The translations under genes were made by a program, and so were the position numbers. A model generated the notes under the pieces. The model searched no databases. It saw nothing but the letters and a program-made list of their open reading frames with translations, and was not told where the DNA came from. 64,000 nucleotides of DNA from Candidatus Omnitrophota bacterium (GTDB lineage Bacteria > Omnitrophota > Gorgyraeia > Zapsychrales > Aceulaceae), in assembly GCA_029564765.1 (NCBI GenBank), contig JAKQPK010000013.1, forward strand, positions 219,164 through 283,163, written 5' to 3'. Below are positions 54,941-64,000 of this stretch, piece by piece; the first letter of the stretch is position 1; every line of letters starts with the position of its first letter.

Positions 54941-56886
54941 TCACCATTAACAATCTTGCTAAGAATTTTACAAATCGAACGCTTTTTGAAGGCGTCTCTT
55001 TGAGTATTTACCGCAATGAAAAGATCGGGCTTACAGGACCCAATGGTTCCGGCAAAACGACCCTCTTTTCGATCATCCGCGGAGAGATGCAGTCGACCGG
55101 CGGCGAGGTTCAGATCCAAAAAGGGATCAATATCGGCTATCTTCCGCAGGAGAGCGCGTTTCACTCCGATCGTACTGTCATTGATGAGCTGACATCTGGC
55201 GATGACCGCATTAAGGCGTTAAAAGACGAAAAGCATAAGCTTGAGGACGAGAACAAGGCGGATTCAGATCGCTATGGCGATGTCTTAGCAGAGCTTGAGC
55301 ATTTAGGGATCTACGAGCTGGAGCATCGGGCAGAAAAGATCCTTTCTGGCCTGGGGTTTCGCGAGAGGGATATTTATCGTCCTATTAACCACTTGAGCGG
55401 CGGCTGGCAGATGCGCACACTATTAGCCAAGCTGTTGACATATCAGTATGATCTTTTGCTGCTGGATGAGCCCACTAATTATCTTGACCTTAGCGCAACG
55501 CTATGGCTGAAGGATTTTCTCGCAAGCTACCCAGGGACGTTTATCATCATTTCTCATGACAAGGTTTTCCTGGATGCCGTAACGAACTATACGATCCTTT
55601 TGGAAAATTCTCGCATGGTCAAGGTCAAAGGAAATTACAGCGAATACGAGGAGCAGAAGGCTGTTGAGCAGGGTTCTCTGGAAAAACGACAGAAGATCAT
55701 TGAAAAGAAAAGAGAGCAGCTGGAACGTTTTTGCGAGAGGTTCCACGCACAGCCAAATCGCGCGGCAGCCGTACGTAACAAACGCAAGATGATCGAGCGC
55801 ATGGAAACGATCGAGCTTAAAGATTATCGGCGTAGTATTAAGGATTTTGAATTCGAGCAAACACAGCGTAGTGGTCATCATGTCTTGACCTTGGACAACA
55901 TGTTCAAGTCCTACGGCGAGTTGGAAGTCTATCGTAATATCAACTTTGAGATCACGCGCGGTCAGCGCGTGTGTTTGGTCGGAGAGAACGGCGCAGGCAA
56001 GTCAACGTTGTTAAAGATCCTGGCAGGTGTCATTGATATGAGCTCAGGAGCGCGGCGATTGGGACACAATGTGGAATTAGGATATTTTTCCCAGACACGA
56101 TTGGATGTTCTTCATCCGGAAAAAACAGCCTTGGAAGAAGTGTGCTCATCGAAGGCGGGCGTGCGCGCTCAGGAAGCGCGCAGCCTGCTAGGCCTTTTTA
56201 ATTTCCGGGATGATGATGTTTTCAAGAAGGTTTCTGTTCTGTCTGGAGGAGAGAAGAGCCGCGTGATCTTGGCCAAGCTTCTTATTAATCCGCCAAATTT
56301 TATTTTATTGGATGAGCCGACGACCCATTTGGACATTGACGGAGTGGAGGCGCTTACTAACGCGTTTAAAAAATATGAAGGCACGTTATGTTTTATCAGC
56401 CACGACCTGTTCTTTGTTCGGGAGATCGCGAATCATATTGTTGAAGTGGACAGCGGACATCTCACGCATTTTTATGGGGACCTTAATTATTATCTTGAGA
56501 AGCGTCGAGAAAAAGATCAAGAAAAGAGCCAGCAGGAACGTCTTGAAAAAGAAAAGGTAAAAAAAGAAAAAAAGGCTGAGCAGACAAGTGAGCCTTTAAG
56601 CCCTGGCATCCAGAAGCTTCATGATCAACACAAAGAAGCTTTGGAGAAAGTGGCCGCCAACAAATCCGCGATCACGAAGTTAGATAAGGAAAAAAAAGAA
56701 CTTGAAACAGAAAGTTATATCAAGGCCCGCGTGCTTTCTTCCGGGACAGCCGCACGTGATCCTGGCACCCTTAAAGAGTATGGCCAGCGGTTAAAATTTA
56801 TTCAGCACCGTATTCGTCAAATAGAGACGGATATCGACCGTCTCAGGGAAGAAAATAGAGAGATCAAAGGTAGTGGGCAATCTTAA
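54937..56886 (+). CDS. ABC-F family ribosome-associated ATPase
   Basis: Two NBDs (GPNGSGKTT, LSGGWQMR, DEPTN; GENGAGKST, LSGGEK, DEPT), no TM domain, C-terminal coiled coil. Confidence 0.93.
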   Translation: MITINNLAKNFTNRTLFEGVSLSIYRNEKIGLTGPNGSGKTTLFSIIRGEMQSTGGEVQIQKGINIGYLPQESAFHSDRTVIDELTSGDDRIKALKDEKHKLEDENKADSDRYGDVLAELEHLGIYELEHRAEKILSGLGFRERDIYRPINHLSGGWQMRTLLAKLLTYQYDLLLLDEPTNYLDLSATLWLKDFLASYPGTFIIISHDKVFLDAVTNYTILLENSRMVKVKGNYSEYEEQKAVEQGSLEKRQKIIEKKREQLERFCERFHAQPNRAAAVRNKRKMIERMETIELKDYRRSIKDFEFEQTQRSGHHVLTLDNMFKSYGELEVYRNINFEITRGQRVCLVGENGAGKSTLLKILAGVIDMSSGARRLGHNVELGYFSQTRLDVLHPEKTALEEVCSSKAGVRAQEARSLLGLFNFRDDDVFKKVSVLSGGEKSRVILAKLLINPPNFILLDEPTTHLDIDGVEALTNAFKKYEGTLCFISHDLFFVREIANHIVEVDSGHLTHFYGDLNYYLEKRREKDQEKSQQERLEKEKVKKEKKAEQTSEPLSPGIQKLHDQHKEALEKVAANKSAITKLDKEKKELETESYIKARVLSSGTAARDPGTLKEYGQRLKFIQHRIRQIETDIDRLREENREIKGSGQS

Positions 56887-57127
56887 GCTTGACCTTCATG
56901 ATATTTTTAGCAATGATCGCGCGATCGAACAGGCTCTGACCTCTGTGATGCAAGAAGCTGTTGAGAAAAAAGCACGCTGTGTTGAGATCATCCCTGGTAA
57001 AGGCTCAGGACAGCTTAAAAAACATGTTTTAAGGTTTTTAGAAAAAAGGTACAAAGGCATTTATCATAGGATCGAGAAAGACGATAAGAACTTCGGGCGA
57101 GTATTTGTCCATTTTCGCTGGCTCTAA
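56873..57127 (+). CDS. Stand-alone Smr domain protein
   Basis: LDLH, EIIPGKGSG.LK..V..FL, KNFG. Confidence 0.88.
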   Translation: MGNLKLDLHDIFSNDRAIEQALTSVMQEAVEKKARCVEIIPGKGSGQLKKHVLRFLEKRYKGIYHRIEKDDKNFGRVFVHFRWL

Positions 57128-57133
57128 AGTATT

Positions 57134-57547
57134 ATGAAAGAAGATATGCGATATATTGTTTCATTCTTTTTTACCGCTGTCCTTCTTGCAGGCTGTAATG
57201 CTAGGCATGTGACAGAGATCATACGCCTTCAAGACGCTGCCTCGAATAAAAAAGAGCAGGTTTGCAGCATTCGCTCTATTAACAAAAGATTTGACGTGCT
57301 CTTGGCAGCCATGCGAGATCAGACCATTGATGCGTACAGGACCAAGGAAGACTTCTTGGAGCATTTCGGCGAGCCCATTTTTGTCAAACGTTATATTGAT
57401 CCTGATGAACATGCAGAACGCTGGCTTTATCGTTATGCCGAAGACTTTTGGAAGAGCGATAAAATTTATATCTATTTTGATGCGCAAGGAAAAGTCGTCC
57501 AATGGGAGTACCAACCGCCTTCGGCCCCAGAGCCCAAAAAGCCCTAA
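57134..57547 (+). CDS. Hypothetical lipoprotein (SmpA/BamE-like C-terminal fold)
   Basis: Lipobox LAGC; FGEP...WLYRY...IYFD..GKV. Confidence 0.7.
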   Translation: MKEDMRYIVSFFFTAVLLAGCNARHVTEIIRLQDAASNKKEQVCSIRSINKRFDVLLAAMRDQTIDAYRTKEDFLEHFGEPIFVKRYIDPDEHAERWLYRYAEDFWKSDKIYIYFDAQGKVVQWEYQPPSAPEPKKP

Positions 57548-58188
57548 CGCGTCGTATCTACCACACGCTTTTTTCCATCTTTGGCCCTCAGCACTGGTGG
57601 CCCGCCCAAACACCTTTTGAGGTCATGGTCGGCGCCATTTTGGTGCAAAATACAAACTGGAAGAACGTTGAAAAGGCGATCGCTCGGCTTAAGGATAGAA
57701 AACTTTTGACGCCGCGGAAGCTGAACGCTATAAGTTTGCAAGAGCTCGCCAAGCACATTCGGCCTGCTGGATATTTTAATGTGAAGGCAAAACGTATAAA
57801 GAATTTTGTTGCATTTTTCATTGGGAGATATCAGGGAAGCTTGGCAAAGATGCGAGCACGGTCTGTGCGCGTCCTCAGAGAGCAATTATTATCCGTGAGC
57901 GGTGTCGGCGAGGAGACTGCGGATTCGATCCTTTTGTACGCCTTGAATAAACCGATCTTTGTCATTGATGCCTACACAAAGCGAGTTTTTAGCCGTCACA
58001 AGATATTTTCGTGCGATATTTCATATCGTGACGCGCAAGAAATTTTCCACAAGAACTTACCGCAAAGTGGTAAAATATACAATGAATATCACGCGTTGAT
58101 CGTTCAGCTTGCGAAGCAATATTGCCGAGTGAAGCCCTTATGCTTAAAATGTCCTTTAAGCAGAATTAATCAACATTCAAGGAGGTGA
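57502..58188 (+). CDS. Endonuclease III-related HhH-GPD DNA glycosylase
   Basis: FGPQHWWP, GAILVQNTNW.NV, IRPAGYFNVKA, GVGEETADSILLYA, DAYT.R; start uncertain. Confidence 0.88.
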   Translation: MGVPTAFGPRAQKALTRRIYHTLFSIFGPQHWWPAQTPFEVMVGAILVQNTNWKNVEKAIARLKDRKLLTPRKLNAISLQELAKHIRPAGYFNVKAKRIKNFVAFFIGRYQGSLAKMRARSVRVLREQLLSVSGVGEETADSILLYALNKPIFVIDAYTKRVFSRHKIFSCDISYRDAQEIFHKNLPQSGKIYNEYHALIVQLAKQYCRVKPLCLKCPLSRINQHSRR

Positions 58189-58190
58189 GT

Positions 58191-58349
58191 ATGAAGTGTC
58201 CGATGATGGGAGCTTGCGGAGGAGGGGATTGGTTCGTAACAATGATGACGTTAAAGACCATCCTTGCAATATGGGTTTTAGTTGTTCCTTTTATGTTCTT
58301 AAAGCGTTTTGATAGACTCTTAAAGATCCTGGAAGATAAAAAGAAATAA
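58191..58349 (+). CDS. Small single-TM protein (52 aa); absent from the ORF track
   Basis: AAGGAGGTGA RBS; MKCPMMGACGGGDWFVTMMTLKTILAIWVLVVPFMFLKRFDRLLKILEDKKK*. Confidence 0.75.
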   Translation: MKCPMMGACGGGDWFVTMMTLKTILAIWVLVVPFMFLKRFDRLLKILEDKKK

Positions 58350-58356
58350 TCGTTCT

Positions 58357-59517
58357 ATGGCTGACCGGGTTATCGCGCATGTCGATATGGACGCGTTCTT
58401 TGCCGCCATTGAGCAACGCGATAATCCGCAGCTTCGCGGCAAGCCAGTGGTGATCGGCGCTGATCCTAAAAGAGGAAAGGGCCGAGGTGTTGTTTCCACG
58501 TGCTCATACGAGGCGCGAAAATTCGGCATCCATTCCGCTATGCCGATCTCACAAGCTTACGCGCGTTGTCCCAGAGCTGTTTTCCTCCCCGTACGCATGC
58601 AGCGCTACAGCGACGTTTCTACTCAGATCTTTTCCATTCTTTATGAATTCACTCCTGATGTTGAACCGATCAGCATTGATGAAGCTTTTTTGGACCTAAG
58701 CGGGACCGAAGCCCTTCATGGCCCGTCCATAGAAGCTGCTCGAAAGATCAAGCGGCGTATTTACGACGAGCTTTGTCTGACAGCCTCTGTCGGGGTCGCG
58801 CCCGTAAAAATGGTCGCCAAGATCGCGTCGGATCATTGCAAACCAGATGGCCTTTTGGAGATCACAAAAGAAAAGCTTTTGGATTTTTTATGGCCTTTGG
58901 ATGTTGGAAAGCTTTGGGGAGTAGGGCCTAAGACCAGAGAAGTATTGACGCGAATGAATATTGTCAAGATAGGTGATATGGCGAAGCTGAGCGAGGACAG
59001 TCTTCGTCAGGCGTTTGGTGACAATGGCCCGCGTCTTTACGCGCTTGCGCATGGCATCGACCCACGAGGCGTGGAGCAATCTCAAGAAGTAAAATCCGTC
59101 AGTCATGAACATACGTTTGAAAAAGATTCTGATGACAAGAAAATGCTTTATCAGATTTTGTTGATCTTAAGCGAAAAAGTTTCGCGCCGCCTTCGGTTGG
59201 ACGGATTGCAAGGCCGTACGATCACGCTTAAGGTGCGGTTGAAAGGGTTTAAGACATATACTCGCTCTGTGACCTTGCCCCAGATGACAAATTTTGTTGA
59301 TGATATTTTTTCTCATGCGCGGACATTATTCGATAGGTTGTATGTGACAGGAACGCAAGTACGATTGCTGGGTGTGCGAGTGTCAGGATTTCAAAGCGCT
59401 TATGTCCAAGAGAGCCTTTTTGAGCGCGCGGACCAAGAGAAGAGAGAGCGCGTGCATAGGGCCGTGGACCTCATTAAGGATAAGTTCGGCGAAAGATCGA
59501 TCCATAGAGCTATATAA
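58357..59517 (+). CDS. dinB: DNA polymerase IV
   Basis: HVDMDAFFAAIE, CSYEARKFG.HSAMP, SIDEAFLD, AKIASD..KP.G. Confidence 0.96.
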   Translation: MADRVIAHVDMDAFFAAIEQRDNPQLRGKPVVIGADPKRGKGRGVVSTCSYEARKFGIHSAMPISQAYARCPRAVFLPVRMQRYSDVSTQIFSILYEFTPDVEPISIDEAFLDLSGTEALHGPSIEAARKIKRRIYDELCLTASVGVAPVKMVAKIASDHCKPDGLLEITKEKLLDFLWPLDVGKLWGVGPKTREVLTRMNIVKIGDMAKLSEDSLRQAFGDNGPRLYALAHGIDPRGVEQSQEVKSVSHEHTFEKDSDDKKMLYQILLILSEKVSRRLRLDGLQGRTITLKVRLKGFKTYTRSVTLPQMTNFVDDIFSHARTLFDRLYVTGTQVRLLGVRVSGFQSAYVQESLFERADQEKRERVHRAVDLIKDKFGERSIHRAI

Positions 59518-59559
59518 AATTCTTTGCAAAACGATGCGTTAAACGGTAGTATATAAAAA

Positions 59560-59940
59560 ATGAAAAATATTATTATTCAAATGGGTGACCTGAAGATGCG
59601 GGCCAAGTTTAACGGCTCGCAAACGGCCGGAGAGATCTGGGACGCTCTTCCAATCAAATCTTTTGTAAGCCTGTGGGGAGAAGAGATCTATTTTCAGATC
59701 CCTGTCACGGAAAAGGTCGAGAAAGATTTCGCGACAGAAACAGCTGAGATCGGTGATCTGGGATATTGGCCGGAAGGCCAATGTTTTTGCATCTTTTTTG
59801 GTCCCACGCCTGTCAGCAAGCCCGGCGAGATACGTCCGGCGAGTGTGGTCAACATTGTTGGTAGGATCGAAGGAGATTGGAAGGTTTTAAAGACGGTTAA
59901 AGAAAATCAAGAAGTCACAATTAAAGAGGATGAAGGATAA
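59560..59940 (+). CDS. Cyclophilin-like fold protein (DUF369/TM1367-like)
   Basis: IWDALPI, WGEEIYF, GDLGYWP.G..FCIFFGPTP. Confidence 0.85.
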   Translation: MKNIIIQMGDLKMRAKFNGSQTAGEIWDALPIKSFVSLWGEEIYFQIPVTEKVEKDFATETAEIGDLGYWPEGQCFCIFFGPTPVSKPGEIRPASVVNIVGRIEGDWKVLKTVKENQEVTIKEDEG

Positions 59941-59943
59941 TCC

Positions 59944-61020
59944 ATGATCCCTGTGTGGTTTTTGATCGTTGCTGTTTTGGCAATGCTACTTTTTTTGGCG
60001 TTAGCGGTTTTTTCCCTGAAAGAAGCGGTACGGCGTGAAGTTCGTCGAGAATTTGACGTTTCACGTAGCGACCTGCAAGAAAAGACGGTTGGTGAATTCG
60101 AGCGCCAGCGCCAAGCAGTTGACCAGTCGGTGAAGACCTTAAAAGATGAGCTTGAGCGTTATTCTAAACTTGTGCATGAGCTTGAAAAAGACCGTGATAA
60201 AAAATATGGCAACTTAGAAAATGAACTCAAGAATGCGTCGCAGGCCACAAGCCGTTTGCAGGAAACGACCGCGCATTTGACCAATGTGCTTGGCAATGTG
60301 AAAAAACGCGGCGAATGGGGTGAGCGCATGGCCGAGGATATTGTCCAGCTTTGCGGGCTCAAGGAAGGGGTCAACTATGCCAAGCAAACACGTTTAGCGT
60401 CTGTCAGCACCCAGCCGGACTTCACTTTTTTCTTACCTGATAAGCACAAGATCCATATGGATGTCAAATTTCCGTTGGATAATTATTTGAACATGGTCAA
60501 CGCGGAAAATCCCTTGCAAAAAGAAAATTACAAGAAAGATTTTATCAACAACGTCAAAGCCCGCATCAAGGAAATTCAGGGACGGTCGTATATCGACCCG
60601 TCTCAAGGGACGCTTGATTTCGTCTTAGTTTTTATTCCTAACGAACAAGTGTATGGTTTTATTCAAGAAAATTTTCCAAGCCTAATGGATGAATCCCTGA
60701 AGCAAAAGGTTGTTCTCTGCTCGCCATTTACCTTATACGCGATGCTGCGCGTGATCCGCCAGGCATTTGAAAACTTTTATTATGAGAATTCGATCAAGAA
60801 GATCATTGAAACGATCAATGTCTTTGCCAAGGAGTACAACCAGTTTAAAGAACGTTTTCAGGGATTAGGCGATGTGATACGAAAGGCGGGGGCTACTTAC
60901 GAGGACCTTCATGATAAGAATTTTAAAAGACTTGATGCCCAGATCAAAAAGATCGAAGGCCACAAAGAAGGAAAACTTGTCGCTTTAGAAGAAGACAAAG
61001 TCATTGATATTCCCTCATAA
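59944..61020 (+). CDS. rmuC: DNA recombination protein RmuC
   Basis: N-terminal TM and coiled coil; KRGEWGE, PD...LP, DVKFPL, TLDFV.VFIPNE. Confidence 0.92.
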   Translation: MIPVWFLIVAVLAMLLFLALAVFSLKEAVRREVRREFDVSRSDLQEKTVGEFERQRQAVDQSVKTLKDELERYSKLVHELEKDRDKKYGNLENELKNASQATSRLQETTAHLTNVLGNVKKRGEWGERMAEDIVQLCGLKEGVNYAKQTRLASVSTQPDFTFFLPDKHKIHMDVKFPLDNYLNMVNAENPLQKENYKKDFINNVKARIKEIQGRSYIDPSQGTLDFVLVFIPNEQVYGFIQENFPSLMDESLKQKVVLCSPFTLYAMLRVIRQAFENFYYENSIKKIIETINVFAKEYNQFKERFQGLGDVIRKAGATYEDLHDKNFKRLDAQIKKIEGHKEGKLVALEEDKVIDIPS

Positions 61021-61119
61021 AACTGAGCAAAAGAATTTATAAAAGTTTAAACTATCAAACATTTTATTCTCTTTAAGAAGGTTTTTTCATCCAACATTAT
61101 CGCTGCAACAACCGATGCG

Positions 61120-61773
61120 ATGATGGATTTTGCTTTGAGTAAAAGCGCACCGCAATTCTCGCCTCGTCAAAGGAAATACCTAGAACGCCACACGCAGTTA
61201 TCGCTGGAGAAGGTTTTTAATATCCAGCAAGTTCATGGACGGCGTGTTGTTCTGGCCACGCGAAGATCCTATCAGGCCCAAACAAAGATACCTCAGGCGG
61301 ATGCCGTTGTGACACAAGAGGTTGGTGTGCCTATCGCCGTCCGTACCGCAGACTGTTTGCCGATCTTTTTTTGCGACACGCGTCATCATGTGATCGCTGT
61401 TGTTCATGCTGGATGGCGCTCCACACGCAAAAGGATCGCGGAAGCTACGCTTCAACTGATGCGAGAAAAGTTCGGTACTCGCGCGAAAGATCTTAAAGTT
61501 GTTTTTGGCCCAGCCTTGAGGTCTTGCTGCTATGAAGTCGGCAAAGAATTCCTTCGTTATTTTCCGCAAGAGGTAAGCCACCGCAACGGTCGTTTGTTCT
61601 TTGACCTGGTGGCTGCTAATAAGCGTCAACTTATCGCGTTGGGTGTCAGGCCAAGCGGTATCGTTGATCGCCGGAAATGCACCTTTTGCCAGCCTGGGTA
61701 TGCGTCGTATCGAAGGGACGCAGAACAATCTACGCGCATGCTTTCCGTGATGATGCTAAAAGACGAAAAATAG
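61120..61773 (+). CDS. pgeF: Peptidoglycan editing factor PgeF/YfiH (purine nucleoside phosphorylase/laccase domain)
   Basis: QVHG, ADAVVT, TADCLPI, HAGWR, GP....CYEVG, SYRR; true start may be upstream. Confidence 0.9.
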   Translation: MMDFALSKSAPQFSPRQRKYLERHTQLSLEKVFNIQQVHGRRVVLATRRSYQAQTKIPQADAVVTQEVGVPIAVRTADCLPIFFCDTRHHVIAVVHAGWRSTRKRIAEATLQLMREKFGTRAKDLKVVFGPALRSCCYEVGKEFLRYFPQEVSHRNGRLFFDLVAANKRQLIALGVRPSGIVDRRKCTFCQPGYASYRRDAEQSTRMLSVMMLKDEK

Positions 61774-61823
61774 TTTGCCAGGGATGTTTTTTAAGATACA
61801 ATACGCCCAATGTGAGGTTATCA

Positions 61824-62147
61824 ATGGAAATTGTCGTTTTCGTGACAACTAAAAATACCGCCCAAGCAAAAAAGATCGCCCGAGGGCTTCTTACTAAAAA
61901 ACTTGCGGCATGTGTCAATATTTTACCAGGTGTTCAGTCGCTTTTTTGGTGGCAGGGTAAGATTGATTCAGCGCAGGAGAGCCTCTTGATCATTAAGAGC
62001 ACAAAGGCACGCTTTCAAAAGCTCGCGCAGTGCGTCAAGGCCTTGCATGGTTATCAAGTTCCTGAGATCATTGCTTTACCGATCGTAGCAGGAAATAAAG
62101 AATATTTGGCTTGGCTTCAAGATTCTTGCAGCCCAAAAGGAGAATAA
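61824..62147 (+). CDS. cutA: Divalent-cation tolerance protein CutA
   Basis: KLAACVNI, SLFWWQGK, E.LLIIKS, H.YQVPEIIALPI..G..YLAW. Confidence 0.93.
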   Translation: MEIVVFVTTKNTAQAKKIARGLLTKKLAACVNILPGVQSLFWWQGKIDSAQESLLIIKSTKARFQKLAQCVKALHGYQVPEIIALPIVAGNKEYLAWLQDSCSPKGE

Positions 62148-62151
62148 GGGA

Positions 62152-62655
62152 ATGAAGACATTAGGTCGTGTGGTTTTGATCGTTATTATTTTGTTGTTTG
62201 TTGCTGGACTTGCTAGAGGGCGGGCTCAGCTTTTTCTTTTTGGCAACCCTTTGGAAGGCCAGCAGGCTCCTGATTTTACCCTGCCGACACTGACACAAGC
62301 AGCTGTTTCCATGAGTTCTTTTCAAGGCGCTCAGCCGGCCATTATGTTTTTTTGGGCGACATGGTGCCCTCATTGTCGAACAGCTTTGCAGGATCTAAAC
62401 ATGCGCCAGCAGGAGATCCAGGGCCAGGGCGTTAAGATCATTTTAGTGAATACAGGAGAAGAAAAAGCAAAGGTCGCTAGCTATATGAAGCAACACGGCA
62501 TCGGCCTTGACGTGTTCCTTGATGAAGATTCTTCTGTCGCAGAACGGTATTCGATTGTTGGTGTTCCTACTTTTGTCCTCATCACCGGAAACGGCCTTAT
62601 CCATTCCATGAAGCATGTCTTGCCTCAGGATTACCGGACACTTCTCGCGCAATAA
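62152..62655 (+). CDS. TlpA-family thiol-disulfide oxidoreductase
   Basis: N-terminal TM, APDFTL, FWATWCPHC, GVPTF. Confidence 0.9.
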   Translation: MKTLGRVVLIVIILLFVAGLARGRAQLFLFGNPLEGQQAPDFTLPTLTQAAVSMSSFQGAQPAIMFFWATWCPHCRTALQDLNMRQQEIQGQGVKIILVNTGEEKAKVASYMKQHGIGLDVFLDEDSSVAERYSIVGVPTFVLITGNGLIHSMKHVLPQDYRTLLAQ

Positions 62656-62661
62656 CTACTT

Positions 62662-64000
62662 TTATTGCGTTTGTTGGGCTTCCTGTAGTTTTTTGATGTT
62701 GTCTACCAGGTTCGCTTTTTGACGTAATTTTGCAAGGAACGCATTGAAGGCCTGGTCCTTGCGTTGCGCCAGAAGGCGTTCTTTCAGGAAATCCTTGTCT
62801 TTGGCGAATTTTTCTTGGTCCGCGGGGATAAAATTCTCGAGATAAATGATCGCAAAATCATTGCTCATTTCCACAACTTCGCTCAGTGGATTTTCCATTG
62901 TCAGGGTGAAGGCTGCTTGTTGGAAAGGCCCTGATGGTCCAACGCCTTGCAAATATTGAGAGCGGGTAAATTCGGATGTCTTTTCGGGCTTCAGATCGAG
63001 CTTTTTAGCAATAGTTTCAAATTTTTCCTTGGGCGTTGCTTGCAAAGCAGACTTGATCTTAGAAAGGGCTTCTTGGGATCTCTGCCGGGCGATCTTTTTA
63101 GCTTCTTGCAATGTGAGTAGTTCTTGTGCTTTATCTTTTGCTTCTTCAAGGCTGAGTAGGCGAGCGTCCCGCCTTTCTTTTAACTTTAAAAGATAAAATC
63201 CTTTCGTTGTGGCAATGGGGCCTGCTAATTCATCTTTTCTAAGCTCGAGGGCTTTTTGAAAGATCTCCAAAGGCCATCCTAGGTCAAACTTAGGCTCCTC
63301 AGCGCTGAAAAAACCACTTTCTTTAATAGTAAGATTATATTTTTGACCTATTTGTTTGAGATCGGGCTGACCTTTTGTAAAGTCTTGCGCGATCTGGCTC
63401 GCTGCCTGGTCGATCGCGTCTTTGGATTCTTCCGTTGGATCTTGAGGATACTCTAGCGCGATGAACTCAATGTTGATTCCCGGAGGAAGATAAAATAAGT
63501 TCTGATTGTTATGATAATAGGCGCTGACAGCTTCATCTGGAATAATCACCTCTTTGACGTATTGCATAACGGGAAAAAGAATATAGGCAGCTTGCGCTTT
63601 CGCGTTTTCTGCTTCGTATTCCTTGCGAACATCTTCATCGGTCACATCAATGCTCAAGGTTTCTTGTTTGTATATCTTCTCAAAGATCAAAGACTCGCGG
63701 ATGCCTTCCTCAAAATCGCTGGGGCTGCATTGAAAGGCGTATTGAACGACTTGCGCGTACAACTGCTTGTCAAACTTGCCGTTGCGCTGGAAAAAGGGAA
63801 ATCTTTTTACTGTTTTTATTACTTCGTCATTAGAAACCCTGATACGGCGCTTTTTTCCTTCGTGGGTGAGGATAAGGCGATCCCACGCCTCGGAATGGAG
63901 GTTAAGATAATTACGGATCTTTGCGAAGTTCTCGCCATAGCGTAAGATAGCTTGATTTTGGACGTGCTGAAGACTATTTTGGAATTCACGAAAAGAAACG
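62662..64000 (-). CDS. SurA/PpiD-like periplasmic chaperone/peptidyl-prolyl isomerase (5' end beyond the window)
   Basis: Frame stays open to the window edge (..AWDRLIL.HEGKKRRIRVSNDEV..FQRNGKFDKQLY..), a SurA_N pattern followed by parvulin-like GPI.T.KGFYLLK. Confidence 0.85.
   Translation of the reverse strand, partial: VSFREFQNSLQHVQNQAILRYGENFAKIRNYLNLHSEAWDRLILTHEGKKRRIRVSNDEVIKTVKRFPFFQRNGKFDKQLYAQVVQYAFQCSPSDFEEGIRESLIFEKIYKQETLSIDVTDEDVRKEYEAENAKAQAAYILFPVMQYVKEVIIPDEAVSAYYHNNQNLFYLPPGINIEFIALEYPQDPTEESKDAIDQAASQIAQDFTKGQPDLKQIGQKYNLTIKESGFFSAEEPKFDLGWPLEIFQKALELRKDELAGPIATTKGFYLLKLKERRDARLLSLEEAKDKAQELLTLQEAKKIARQRSQEALSKIKSALQATPKEKFETIAKKLDLKPEKTSEFTRSQYLQGVGPSGPFQQAAFTLTMENPLSEVVEMSNDFAIIYLENFIPADQEKFAKDKDFLKERLLAQRKDQAFNAFLAKLRQKANLVDNIKKLQEAQQTQ

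Noticed and set aside
5519-63945. Numerous antisense or alternate-frame ORFs of 60-235 aa (e.g. 5519-6127, 29471-30178, 38482-38817, 48525-49040, 61198-61728, 63511-63945)
   Set aside because: Shadows of well-supported genes, with no motifs or RBS; several are low-complexity mirrors of K/E-rich proteins.

Overview
A 64-kb, gene-dense bacterial chromosome segment of moderate GC, almost entirely coded on the + strand. Gene style and content (YfhO-like GT-C protein, B12 radical SAM/GT2/AsnB glycan-modification genes, GH5 enzymes, SurA/PpiD-like protein) suggest a diderm uncultured lineage such as Ca. Omnitrophota; this is inference only. Most of the window is housekeeping or stress genes: feoAB, msrAB, carB, an Mla/Pqi-type lipid transporter, peptidoglycan-processing genes, panE, a glutathione peroxidase/dodecin/photolyase/DUF523 block, rRNA-modification and ABC-F genes, dinB, rmuC, pgeF and cutA. 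I saw no rRNA, tRNA, CRISPR array, transposase or integrase. The most unusual part is about 24.9-26.85 kb. There, two palindromic arrays of degenerate 7-nt and 9-nt units bracket an unannotated 52-aa HicB-like ORF. They are followed by three small membrane-protein genes, each delimited by inverted copies of an AGAAACGTTYTG-core site and each followed by a G-run (G-quadruplex-like) tract, resembling a recombinase-less gene-cassette array. Other candidates: a structured intergenic RNA at about 36.43-36.55 kb, a two-hairpin leader before dodecin, and a Cys-rich DUF1667-like domain fused to an APH-type kinase translationally coupled to feoB.
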